Positions 16,385-24,489 of a stretch of 25,396 nucleotides of DNA are shown piece by piece. The notes beneath the pieces were generated by a model. The model searched no databases, was not told the origin of the DNA, and saw only the letters and a list, made by a program, of their open reading frames with translations. The translations under genes and the position numbers were made by a program. Source of the DNA: a virus. Positions within the stretch are counted from its first letter, which is position 1, and every line of letters begins with the position of its first letter. The stretch spans positions 1 to 25,396 of the IMG/VR virus record IMGVR_UViG_3300042275_000783. The stretch is one strand, 5' to 3'.

Positions 16385-17713
16385 TCAGCTCAGTATTTTT
16401 ACTTGGCGTTTCCAAAGTTTTTTCACCTCCCATCCTTCAAAAGTTGCAATTATTGCTAAGCCAAGTGCAGCCGCGAGAAGTGGGGGGACAGCGTTTCCTA
16501 TCTGCCGGTACTGTGCGGTTCTAGGGCCTTTAAAGATAAACCAGTCCGGAAAACTCTGGAGCCTTGCTGCCTCCCGGGGTGTTAGAGTTCTTGGTTTAAC
16601 TGGATGTATGTACCGGTACCCGTCCTTCTGGAGATGGGCTGTTATTGTCCATGATGGGCGGTTCCATATGAGTTTTTTGAATTTATCCCTGAAGATGTCG
16701 TCACGATACCCATAAAGAGCTTTTATGTGCTGGGGAAGATCTTTCCAGGAATCGCCTTCTTTCATGTGTTCAAATGTCAATTTATCCCGTTCGGTGTGAG
16801 AACGGGAAATATGATTATGAACCATTCCGTCCCAGAAGGGGGTTTTTTTCCGGGCCCATTCTTGATATCTGGAAAAGGGATGAATAACATGGAACATGGG
16901 ATAATCTTCTATGCCAGCCCTATTTGCGACTACCGGTTCGGGAAGATCCCCTATTGCCTGTCCAACAGTTACATATGGATATTTGGGAAGAAGTCCTTTG
17001 AAAAGGTAATCAACCAGATTTTTCTTGGATTGCTGGGAATCTTTATGTGTGGGGAATGGCCATCGGAATTCCTCAACAAGTGATTCTTCATCCCGGTGTA
17101 TTCCAACAAAGAAAATACGTCTTCTTGTCTGGGGTACTCCAAAATCGGCAGCATTGAGTATCCCTGGATTGTTTCCTGTTTCCCATCCCGGAATTATGTA
17201 TCCAATCCTTCTGAAATCATCAACTATTTCTCTTACCGTCTCCCCATCCCTGTGACTCATCATTCCGGGTACATTTTCCATTATGACAATCTTGGGCTGG
17301 AAATAGTCGACCATACGGATGAATTCTCGATAGAGCACATTTCGAGGATCATCAATAAATCGGGGATGATGGTTTTTCACATCTTTCTTTTTTCCGTTTC
17401 TTGCAAGATTTGCTATTTTCACACGACCGGCCACGGAAAAGCCTTGGCAGGGAGGCCCTCCCACCATCACATCAATATCCCCTTTTTGAACTCCTGACAC
17501 ATTAGAAATAACTTCAGGGGGCAGCTTTCTAAGGTCTTCTTTCAGGCCAATGGTATCAAATCCCATTGCTTCCCTGAAGTTGTAGTTGTACGTTTTTATT
17601 CCGTGAGGGTCAATGTCAACGGCTGCTTTGGGCACTAATCCTGCCAGCACCATGCCAAGAGAGAATCCCCCAGGTGCACCGAATAGATCCATGAAAGTGT
17701 ATTTTGATTTCAT
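16385..17713 (-). CDS. dcm: C5-cytosine DNA methyltransferase
   Basis: Motif I variant DLFGAPGG, IV GGPPCQGFS, VI ENVPG, VIII QTRRRIFF, IX TPREAARLQSFPD, X QIGNAVPP. Confidence 0.95.
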   Translation of the reverse strand: MKSKYTFMDLFGAPGGFSLGMVLAGLVPKAAVDIDPHGIKTYNYNFREAMGFDTIGLKEDLRKLPPEVISNVSGVQKGDIDVMVGGPPCQGFSVAGRVKIANLARNGKKKDVKNHHPRFIDDPRNVLYREFIRMVDYFQPKIVIMENVPGMMSHRDGETVREIVDDFRRIGYIIPGWETGNNPGILNAADFGVPQTRRRIFFVGIHRDEESLVEEFRWPFPTHKDSQQSKKNLVDYLFKGLLPKYPYVTVGQAIGDLPEPVVANRAGIEDYPMFHVIHPFSRYQEWARKKTPFWDGMVHNHISRSHTERDKLTFEHMKEGDSWKDLPQHIKALYGYRDDIFRDKFKKLIWNRPSWTITAHLQKDGYRYIHPVKPRTLTPREAARLQSFPDWFIFKGPRTAQYRQIGNAVPPLLAAALGLAIIATFEGWEVKKLWKRQVKILS

Positions 17714-17758
17714 TGCATACTCCCTCCGTCCAGATTCTTGCAGGGGCTTTTTATCAGG

Positions 17759-17884
17759 TCAAGAGAGAACCTCATCCTGCATCACCTCCAACACCCAAAT
17801 ATCCATCGCCAATCTCAAAAGTACCCAATAAACCGTAAAACCAAAGACACAAAGACGGAAAACACCCTCAACGTCTTCGTTCAC
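17759..17884 (-). CDS. 41-aa hydrophobic peptide (GTG start)
   Basis: Start overlaps the stop of the upstream 27-aa ORF; one TM-like stretch. Confidence 0.3.
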   Translation of the reverse strand: MNEDVEGVFRLCVFGFTVYWVLLRLAMDIWVLEVMQDEVLS

Positions 17885-17964
17885 ACTACCACCCCCTGAG
17901 CCTTTACTAGTTTTCTCAGCTTCCTCCTGAGCTGTCCAACCCTCTTGTTCCTCACAGCAACCAT
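17881..17964 (-). CDS. 27-aa basic peptide
   Basis: SD GGAGGG before ATG 17964; MVAVRNKRVGQLRRKLRKLVKAQGVVV. Confidence 0.3.
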   Translation of the reverse strand: MVAVRNKRVGQLRRKLRKLVKAQGVVV

Positions 17965-17969
17965 CCCTC

Positions 17970-18731
17970 CTAAAATGAGGTTATAAACTCAATAAGGGTT
18001 CCTTGCCGCCCTTCTTTTTTAAAGCGCTCTTCAAGCTCTGCAAGGGTGTAATCATCCCTGAATTGCTTACCGTGCTCTCTAATACTCATTTCTTCAAGCT
18101 TTTTTGCCGTGTTAAAGAGCCGGGGAAAATGCCAATATAATGCCCTCCATTCCCCTATACGCTGGTAAGGGCACAAATAGCAACCAAGCCGCTCAAAATA
18201 ATCATAGAGTTGGTTGTAAAGTCCATGCTTTTTTATGAGTTGCAAGGCCTCTTTTTCAGTAATTCCCTCCTCTATCAGAGGGGCATGTAAATGCACAATC
18301 TTAACGCCAAACTTACGTGCATACGTCTTTGATTTCCGTTTAGCGTTCTTAAAGCGCTCCTCCTCATCCGCTGCATATCCAAGGTATAAATCAAGATATC
18401 TAATGTTTTGCTCCTTCAACCATTCATAAAAGGGCTCTTTCTTAAGTGTCCTGCAGCACCACCGCCCCGCTGGGCTAAACGGAACACCACGCTTTTTCAC
18501 TTGGAGACCAAACGGTTCCTTAGGGTGTATTTCAGTTATGCCAATTCCAAACGTTTTTTGAACCCACTCATTTAGTTCCTTGCGAACATAAAGCACTTGT
18601 TGAGGGAACTCTATTCCTGTATTCAAAAAAACAATAAAATCGGGTTTAAAGCCTCTCTGAGCAAGAACTATCAGCATCGCCGTGCTGTCTTTCCCTCCGC
18701 TTATGCTAACCACTTTTGTAAATTTACTCAT
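17970..18731 (-). CDS. PAPS-reductase / PP-loop family protein
   Basis: VSISGGKDSTAM PP-loop, FLNTGIEFP, RWCCRTLK and RLGCYLCP Cys motifs. Confidence 0.9.
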   Translation of the reverse strand: MSKFTKVVSISGGKDSTAMLIVLAQRGFKPDFIVFLNTGIEFPQQVLYVRKELNEWVQKTFGIGITEIHPKEPFGLQVKKRGVPFSPAGRWCCRTLKKEPFYEWLKEQNIRYLDLYLGYAADEEERFKNAKRKSKTYARKFGVKIVHLHAPLIEEGITEKEALQLIKKHGLYNQLYDYFERLGCYLCPYQRIGEWRALYWHFPRLFNTAKKLEEMSIREHGKQFRDDYTLAELEERFKKEGRQGTLIEFITSF

Positions 18732-18961
18732 CCTTCCTCACCCTTCTTCCTGAACCAGATTTCCACCCTCATTCTTGAATTATAAAGCGCTACAGCAACT
18801 ACGTTAACTATTTCAAGCCCGAACTCCTCCATAAATTTTTTCCACTCCTGGAGCCGAAACACTGTTGTTTTCACCACGATCCTCCCATCCTCGAACTCAT
18901 CCACCAACCCCACACGTAAAAGGTGTTCAAACAGTTTCTCAACTTCCATTTCCATCCTCAT
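18728..18961 (-). CDS. Hypothetical protein
   Basis: Coupled to the PAPS-reductase start; SD present. Confidence 0.5.
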   Translation of the reverse strand: MRMEMEVEKLFEHLLRVGLVDEFEDGRIVVKTTVFRLQEWKKFMEEFGLEIVNVVAVALYNSRMRVEIWFRKKGEEG

Positions 18962-18965
18962 GACC

Positions 18966-19313
18966 TCACCCCCTCCTTAGGTCCTCGAGAACTAAGATTG
19001 CATGTATCGCTGCATCAGCAAAATACACGTCTTTGAGCTCAACGTCAACCCTTTCAACAACATCATTTAGATTAACTCCGTATGCAAACTGTACTGATGC
19101 CTCTGTGCATTTTGCTATTGCATCTCTTATGAAGTTTTCGAGTGTATAGTACTCATCGTAGATTCTTTTCAGCTGAACTGAGTCAAAGACTAGCTCGACT
19201 CTTTCGTCATCTAATTTCCGTACGGTGCTGCAGTTAAGTTCGTCGAAATATTCTGCAAGATTGTCTGCATTGCAGTACACATTTTTCGCATTCAACACAA
19301 CTTTCACCTTCAT
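18966..19313 (-). CDS. Acidic hypothetical protein (likely start ATG 19313)
   Basis: SD GGAGGTGA before MKVKVVL; first gene after promoter P4. Confidence 0.6.
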   Translation of the reverse strand: MKVKVVLNAKNVYCNADNLAEYFDELNCSTVRKLDDERVELVFDSVQLKRIYDEYYTLENFIRDAIAKCTEASVQFAYGVNLNDVVERVDVELKDVYFADAAIHAILVLEDLRRG

Positions 19314-19335
19314 CTCATTCACCTCCACAGTTTTG

Positions 19336-19463
19336 TTCAATACTATATACACCTTTGGACTATATAAACTTTTTGCTTTTAAAGCAAAGTTTTAGAGGTA
19401 TTTAAATAACAATAGTGGAAAAGTTCGAGGTTATTCTACAAATTATCAAGTCTTCTTAATTAC
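19336..19463 (-). repeat. 128-bp direct repeat copy 2, containing early promoter P4
   Basis: Matches 16243-16373; contains gcaaaaagtttatatag on the minus strand. Confidence 0.95.
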
Positions 19464-19469
19464 TCAAAG

Positions 19470-19713
19470 AGGAAGTATTAATAAAATCATAATAAATTTT
19501 TATTAACTAATCAATAAAGTTCATTTTGCAAAAATTTTGTATTTTTCAGAGGAAAAAGATATATTCTGAACGAAGTCGTTATTAATTAATATATTAATTA
19601 ATAATAACTATTAACTAACTAACACCACCAAAAGCTCAATATAACTCCGGGTTATGTATTAACTGTTATTAACAATTGATAAAAATGTTAATAACACAAT
19701 AGAAAAGAGTAAA
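19470..19713. other. AT-rich non-coding region with palindromes and iterated TATTAAC/GTTATTAA motifs (origin candidate)
   Basis: Perfect 26-bp palindrome 19579-19604; inverted repeat TGTTATTAACA 19664-19674 / 19686-19696; TATTAAC at 19501, 19609, 19657 and 19667. Confidence 0.45.
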
Positions 19714-20517
19714 CTAATCAACAAGCTCAAAATATCCCTTCAAAATGTTGCTAATGTGGTGTTTGTATAATAATCTATCATTGACTTTCCTAACCTGCAG
19801 CCGGTGATTTGTGTTAATAACTTCATATTTTTCGAGAATGGCTTTAAATTCATCATCTGTGAATACGTAAAAGGTTATCTCTTGTAATTCATCAAGCTTA
19901 ACTGCTTTCATCTCATTCTCTGTTAGGTATTCTTCAACAAATTTTGGCAATTGCTTTTCAAGTTTAGTTGTTTTAATAAGCTGCTCAACTTTCAGTAATC
20001 TTTCTTCTTTTTCTGCAAGGTACTTTTCAAACTCTTTTAATTGTCTTTCCCTTTCTGTCAATTCTTTTTCTTTTTGTTCAAGCTCTTTTGCTTTAAAGTA
20101 GTTGGTCCTTTCAAGCTTTAATGCATGTTCATATGTTATTTTTATTTTCTTTGCTTCTTTTGCTTCTTTTAATAAAGTGTTGATCATTAAAGAATAGTTT
20201 TTCAGCTGCTGCTTATATGCTTTAATTTCTCTTTTTAATGCCCTATTGGTAAGTTCCATATTTTTGTACTGTGTGGAATACAAATTAAGTTCTTTTTTGT
20301 ACTCCTCGATGAGTAATTTATAATTAACCTGTCCTTCTTCAAAATATGCATTCAAAATTTCTGTTACAAGTTGGCTTACTGATTTGTTTTCTTTTTTTGC
20401 TTCTTCTTCTAAAAGTTTTTTGATCTTTTTTGGTATTCTAACTGTCGTTATGATATACTGCTCACTAACCGAAAGATTTATCTCCTTCTTTCTTCTATCC
20501 CTATTTAGTGGAGACAT
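19714..20517 (-). CDS. Ribbon-helix-helix DNA-binding protein with long coiled coil and C-terminal domain
   Basis: ITTVRIPKKIKKLLEEEAKKENKSVSQLVTEILNAYF is a CopG-type RHH; an E/K-rich heptad region follows. Confidence 0.75.
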   Translation of the reverse strand: MSPLNRDRRKKEINLSVSEQYIITTVRIPKKIKKLLEEEAKKENKSVSQLVTEILNAYFEEGQVNYKLLIEEYKKELNLYSTQYKNMELTNRALKREIKAYKQQLKNYSLMINTLLKEAKEAKKIKITYEHALKLERTNYFKAKELEQKEKELTERERQLKEFEKYLAEKEERLLKVEQLIKTTKLEKQLPKFVEEYLTENEMKAVKLDELQEITFYVFTDDEFKAILEKYEVINTNHRLQVRKVNDRLLYKHHISNILKGYFELVD

Positions 20518-20556
20518 AACCCAGACCTCCGCAACTGTTCTCTTTTTAATTTTTTA

Positions 20557-20586
20557 GTTATTAAGGTTTATAAGCCTTGTTATTAA
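20557..20586 (-). promoter_or_regulatory. Promoter of the RHH gene: TATA (CTTATAAA) flanked by two TTAATAAC boxes
   Basis: Plus strand GTTATTAA at 20557-20564 and 20579-20586 bracket tttataag. Confidence 0.55.
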
Positions 20587-20640
20587 AACATAAAAAAGAA
20601 AAAAAAGAAAGGATGGAAAACAAAAAAGTAAAAAAATAAA
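20587..20640 (-). terminator. Long oligo-T terminator for the ligase/SSB operon
   Basis: A-tracts on the plus strand read as T-tracts on the minus strand directly after the 20643 stop. Confidence 0.6.
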
Positions 20641-20642
20641 CA

Positions 20643-20867
20643 TCATGGTGTTAATTTTATTTTAACTCTCCCTTTTTGCTGCAATATTTTCATCATCTCT
20701 CTGTAAATGGTGTTGGCTTCTTCCAAATCTCCAAGAGCATCAATGTAATTGAAAACACTCTGGTGCTTTAAAGCCCTTTCAATGACCTCTCCAAGCTCTT
20801 TGAACTTTTTAGTAAATTCATCATCAATTATTACAAACTCTTTCTCTTCTTTAACCACCATCATCAC
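20643..20867 (-). CDS. Small helical protein, paralogue of 14555-14767
   Basis: FVIIDDEF...RA...FNYID...EEA...Y...KGR aligns with YVILDKEF...RA...FRYDD...DEA...Y...KGR. Confidence 0.55.
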   Translation of the reverse strand: MMMVVKEEKEFVIIDDEFTKKFKELGEVIERALKHQSVFNYIDALGDLEEANTIYREMMKILQQKGRVKIKLTP

Positions 20868-21752
20868 CTACAAAGAGTTTACAACTTGCATGTAAAGCCT
20901 ATAAGCTGAGGTTGGTAAACGTTTTCCAAACTCTTCAGCAACTTCTTTTGCAATAAGGGGCATTACTATTTTTGGATCAATAAACTCTTCATAAGAAAGC
21001 CTTAACCTAACCTTTTCAATTGCCTGTAAAATCTCCTCTTCAGTTGCATATGTTTTTTTATCTGTTTTCTCTTTTTTGAGCTTATTTTTGTAAATTTGGC
21101 TTTCATGAGTTGGAAAACCATAATGAATTGGCTTTATTTTGCCCCTAAACAAAATGCTGTTATCTTCAGCTAAAGCTTTAATAACAAAACCTTCATAATC
21201 TCTTAACCATGCCAAATTGGCAAGATTTTTGAGCAGTTCTTGATTAACTTCATCAATGTAAAGGTATTCTTGAATTTCACCTGTTATAAATGAATTTGTT
21301 TCAAGTACATGAACTGGGTAAAATTTGCCGATTTTGTCCTCCCAAAATTCAAAAATAACAAAATTTGCTGGTTGAAATTGTGAGGTATAAGGTGCTTTAA
21401 GCTCTTTTGCTATTAATTCACCGGCAATATAATCTTTTTCATCCCAGTTGTCATAAAAGAATTTGATGAAATTTATTAGGGCTGGGTTATTGTTAAGGGC
21501 TTTTTTAAATAATTCTGCAAACCTGTTTTCAGCATTCTTGTTTCTTGTTAGCAAATATATTTTGCCTTGATACTTAACTAAACGTAAATTAGTACCATCA
21601 TACTTTTTTTCTATTAACACCCAACTTACTCTGCTTTTTTGCCTGTTAAATTCATGCAAGAACTGTGTTGGATTGCTTATTTTTGGAAAGGGCTTAACTG
21701 CTGGAGGTATGCATTCATTAGAAAAAATTAAACCATCAAATTCAAACTCCAT
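20868..21752 (-). CDS. ATP-dependent RNA ligase, Rnl2-like
   Basis: Motif I EKKYDGTN, III AGELI, IIIa FVIFEF, IV EGFVIK, V RGKIK. The C-terminal YATEEEIL...VMPLIAKEVAEE resembles the Rnl2 C-domain. Likely start ATG 21752. Confidence 0.8.
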   Translation of the reverse strand: MEFEFDGLIFSNECIPPAVKPFPKISNPTQFLHEFNRQKSRVSWVLIEKKYDGTNLRLVKYQGKIYLLTRNKNAENRFAELFKKALNNNPALINFIKFFYDNWDEKDYIAGELIAKELKAPYTSQFQPANFVIFEFWEDKIGKFYPVHVLETNSFITGEIQEYLYIDEVNQELLKNLANLAWLRDYEGFVIKALAEDNSILFRGKIKPIHYGFPTHESQIYKNKLKKEKTDKKTYATEEEILQAIEKVRLRLSYEEFIDPKIVMPLIAKEVAEEFGKRLPTSAYRLYMQVVNSL

Positions 21753-21780
21753 CACCCAACCCCCCTCAGAATGAGAACCA

Positions 21781-21987
21781 CTACCATTCTTCATCACCTC
21801 CCCAAGCTCTCCATCTCAAAAACTCATTATACTTCCTTTTTGCCTTTCTAACTTGAGCTAAACTGTGTTTTGATCTGGGGTTGGTCATTCTTAAACCTGC
21901 TAAAATATAAAGAACAAAGGAAGGCTTATACCTCTTTTCAAGCCATTCTTTGAACTCTTCAAGCTCTTCAGGCTTAATTTCAGTCAT
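21781..21987 (-). CDS. Small protein resembling a shortened integrase core-binding domain
   Basis: EEFKEWLEKRYKPS...KAKRKYNEFL shares terminal helices with 14987-15238. Confidence 0.45.
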   Translation of the reverse strand: MTEIKPEELEEFKEWLEKRYKPSFVLYILAGLRMTNPRSKHSLAQVRKAKRKYNEFLRWRAWGGDEEW

Positions 21988-22354
21988 CTTCCATGACCTC
22001 ATCTGGGTCTTCATCTGGGTCAATCAATGTGTAATACTTTAACCCCGCTTTTGTTCTTTTCTTAAGCACTCTCGCTAAAACAGGCTCTCCATCTTCAAAA
22101 GCACCTGCATCTTTTAGTTTTCTAACTTGGTCCATGATGACCTCTGAAGATGTGTTCCAGCAATAAGGCGTTTTCTCTACGTCATCCGCAAAATAAAAAT
22201 AGATGCTTACATAAGGCTTTTTTTCTCCTTTTCTAAAGTGTACTTGCTCTACTGCGATAACCTCCCCTATCACGGCTGGGCTTTTTACCACCTGTCTGCT
22301 GTCGTCATAATGCTGCTCTTTTTCCAAAAAATCACTTATCTTTTTTACCAACAC
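21980..22354 (-). CDS. Single-stranded DNA-binding protein (OB-fold, phi29 gp5-like) with acidic tail
   Basis: NTSSEVIMDQV...GEPVLARVLKKRTKAGLKYYTL pattern and C-terminal DPDEDPDEVMEDD. Confidence 0.6.
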   Translation of the reverse strand: MLVKKISDFLEKEQHYDDSRQVVKSPAVIGEVIAVEQVHFRKGEKKPYVSIYFYFADDVEKTPYCWNTSSEVIMDQVRKLKDAGAFEDGEPVLARVLKKRTKAGLKYYTLIDPDEDPDEVMEDD

Positions 22355-22359
22355 CAGGA

Positions 22360-22460
22360 CCTCCTTAAGTGTTCATCAATGCATATCTCTGTGAATGAAG
22401 TTTTTAAATTTTGTGTTTTTGATTCACTTTGTTAAATAGCAAAAAATATATAAGGTGATT
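22360..22460. promoter_or_regulatory. Divergent promoter region between the minus-strand early block and the plus-strand block
   Basis: Plus strand gcaaaaaa-tatataag and minus strand cacaaaa-tttaaaaa BRE/TATA pairs. Confidence 0.55.
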
Positions 22461-22490
22461 TTTGTATTACATTATTTGAGGTGTTGTTAT

Positions 22491-23705
22491 TTGTCGTTAT
22501 CCCCAAGCCAAAGTTTGATATATACCCTTTTGCTTGAAAGTGGTGGGAGACTTAAGCGGCAGGAGTTGCAGCAGCAAACACCTTTTAAACAAAATGCTTT
22601 TAGGGCAAGATTAAGTGAATTGAAGAAAAAAGGGCTTATTGACTTCAATAAAGAAGAAGTGTGGGTTGTTAAAGAAATACAGCATGAACAAGAGAATAAT
22701 GAACAAGAAGAGCTTAAAAACAAGCTCAAAAGTCTGCTTGATGGTGGGATTGTACTTGAAAGAAAAAGAGAAGGTAACGTTACAGCAACAATAATAATAA
22801 GCGATACGCACTTTGGAGATGAAAACGTTATGATAGAAACTTATCAATCAACAGTAAACAACTTGATCTGGAAATTAAAGCAAATATCCCAACAAAAGCC
22901 AATAGATAATATAATTGTTGTTTTGAATGGAGATGTTGTTGCAGGTAGGCACATTTTTTACATGCAAGAAGCCCAAAACATCTTTAATAAGGGCAATATC
23001 CAGGTATTATACGCAACTGCTTTTATTTTAGACTTACACCACCAGTTAAGCGAAATTACACCAGAGATACAATACTTTGTGATCAAAGGTAATCACGATA
23101 ACAATAGAGGAGATAATTATGCATGGGGTTTAGCAGATAAGTTAAGAAGCTTAGGGCTTGATGCTTATTATAGTGGACACCAGCTTATAATGAACTTGGG
23201 TAATGACGAAAAAGAGCATTGGGCTTTAATTGAGCATGGATACGGCGGAAGTGATTATTACCCAATTAGCTATGACTTCTTAAGGAACACCCAAAAAAAG
23301 CTGCTGTGGTTGAATAGGCATCAAAGGTTAAAAGGGAGAGCAGAAATTGAAAGAGTAATAGTTGGTCATTCACATTGGCTTGTTACAAACATAAGGCAGG
23401 ATACGTATTGGGCAATTGATGTAAGTGGTGGTTTTCAAAGAAATGAAAGAGTTGAGCTGGGCAAAAACCAGAGACCAGCTGGGTTCATCTTGTACGTTTT
23501 TGATCCAGAGAAAGATGGGCTTACAATATATGACTGGAAAGATGGCTTAAGGCTTTATGAAATTACTCCAGATGAAGATGTGATGTTAAAAGAGCTTACA
23601 GATCCAGCCCTTGAACTCAAAAATAGAATGTTAGCTCCACAAAAGCTGATGCAGTTGTATAATTATCTCGTTGAAAATGGCTTGATTAAGAAGGAAATAA
23701 AATGA
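22491..23705 (+). CDS. wHTH-calcineurin-like metallophosphoesterase (likely TTG start 22491)
   Basis: SDTHFG, NGDVV, KGNHD, IEHG and GHSH motifs; N-terminal wHTH (ARLSELKKKGLID). Confidence 0.85.
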   Translation: MSLSPSQSLIYTLLLESGGRLKRQELQQQTPFKQNAFRARLSELKKKGLIDFNKEEVWVVKEIQHEQENNEQEELKNKLKSLLDGGIVLERKREGNVTATIIISDTHFGDENVMIETYQSTVNNLIWKLKQISQQKPIDNIIVVLNGDVVAGRHIFYMQEAQNIFNKGNIQVLYATAFILDLHHQLSEITPEIQYFVIKGNHDNNRGDNYAWGLADKLRSLGLDAYYSGHQLIMNLGNDEKEHWALIEHGYGGSDYYPISYDFLRNTQKKLLWLNRHQRLKGRAEIERVIVGHSHWLVTNIRQDTYWAIDVSGGFQRNERVELGKNQRPAGFILYVFDPEKDGLTIYDWKDGLRLYEITPDEDVMLKELTDPALELKNRMLAPQKLMQLYNYLVENGLIKKEIK

Positions 23706-23752
23706 TGTAGTGTTGGTATTATACTTTAAAGTATGTTTGCGGAGGTCCTGGT

Positions 23753-23974
23753 ATGTATATTAATGTAGGTAAAAGGAGAAAAGATAATGATTTAATTGTA
23801 GTGTTGGCTTTAACCTTACTTGCAATAATACCACTTCTACCATTAATTGGCTTTTGGAAATGGTTAAACCCAGTAAGTTTTTGGCAAAAAATAGCCCTAC
23901 TTGCAATTTACTTTATAGTAATTTACCCAGCAGCAGTCGCTTTAGAGTTATTAATCATAGGCTGGTTAGATTAA
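23753..23974 (+). CDS. Small membrane protein (2 TM)
   Basis: Two long hydrophobic helices; SD GGAGGTCCTGG. Confidence 0.6.
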   Translation: MYINVGKRRKDNDLIVVLALTLLAIIPLLPLIGFWKWLNPVSFWQKIALLAIYFIVIYPAAVALELLIIGWLD

Positions 23975-24006
23975 ATAAGCCTTGCTAAAATAAGGAGGTT
24001 AAAAAA

Positions 24007-24489
24007 ATGGAAGATTACTTCCCAATATTTTATTTTTCGGACCAAAAGGCTAAAACACATTTTGAGGTTGAAAAGTTACCCTTAACACAAAAAGGCAACA
24101 TGCTAAAGACAGGCGATTTTATTTTTTACATGCAAACTGAAGATGATTATGCAAAAGTTGCCTTATCGTTAGAAAAAGCCCTATTTTTAGCAAAGTTAAT
24201 CAATGCTTACTTTATTTTTCCAGAGAAATACAGAAAAGTTAATTTTCACCTTGAAAACGGGAGTAGGCTTACAGCTGTAATCGATAATGAACTAACGTTA
24301 ATTTACACTTCAAAAGAAAGAACAATTACAATAACTCTCTCTCCAGATTTGGCTGTGTGGTTAGCAAGTGTTTTAGAGCTTGAAGCAAAAGAAGAGTACT
24401 TGCTTTTGAAAGATATGAGAAATGAAGCTTACAACATGCTCAAAATGAGAATGCAAAAAGATGAATTAGGAGAGAGGGATTATGGTTAA
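24007..24489 (+). CDS. Hypothetical protein with two tandem beta-strands-plus-helix repeats (PC4/PUR-like)
   Basis: VALSLEKALFLAKLI and ITLSPDLAVWLASVL helices, each preceded by beta-strands. Confidence 0.45.
   Translation: MEDYFPIFYFSDQKAKTHFEVEKLPLTQKGNMLKTGDFIFYMQTEDDYAKVALSLEKALFLAKLINAYFIFPEKYRKVNFHLENGSRLTAVIDNELTLIYTSKERTITITLSPDLAVWLASVLELEAKEEYLLLKDMRNEAYNMLKMRMQKDELGERDYG

Noticed and set aside
15931-17831. Plus-strand ORFs opposite the methyltransferase and neighbours, and similar antisense ORFs within the late genes
   Set aside because: Shadow frames of well-supported genes, with no SD or recognisable motifs.
17970-18731. Dnd/Ssp phosphorothioation system
   Set aside because: No cysteine desulfurase, DndD/DndE or SspB/C partners in the window; only the generic PP-loop family is supported.
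23721-23734. 14-bp palindrome ATACTTTAAAGTAT before the membrane-protein gene
   Set aside because: Single AT-rich palindrome overlapping a TATA-like sequence; possible operator but too weak alone.
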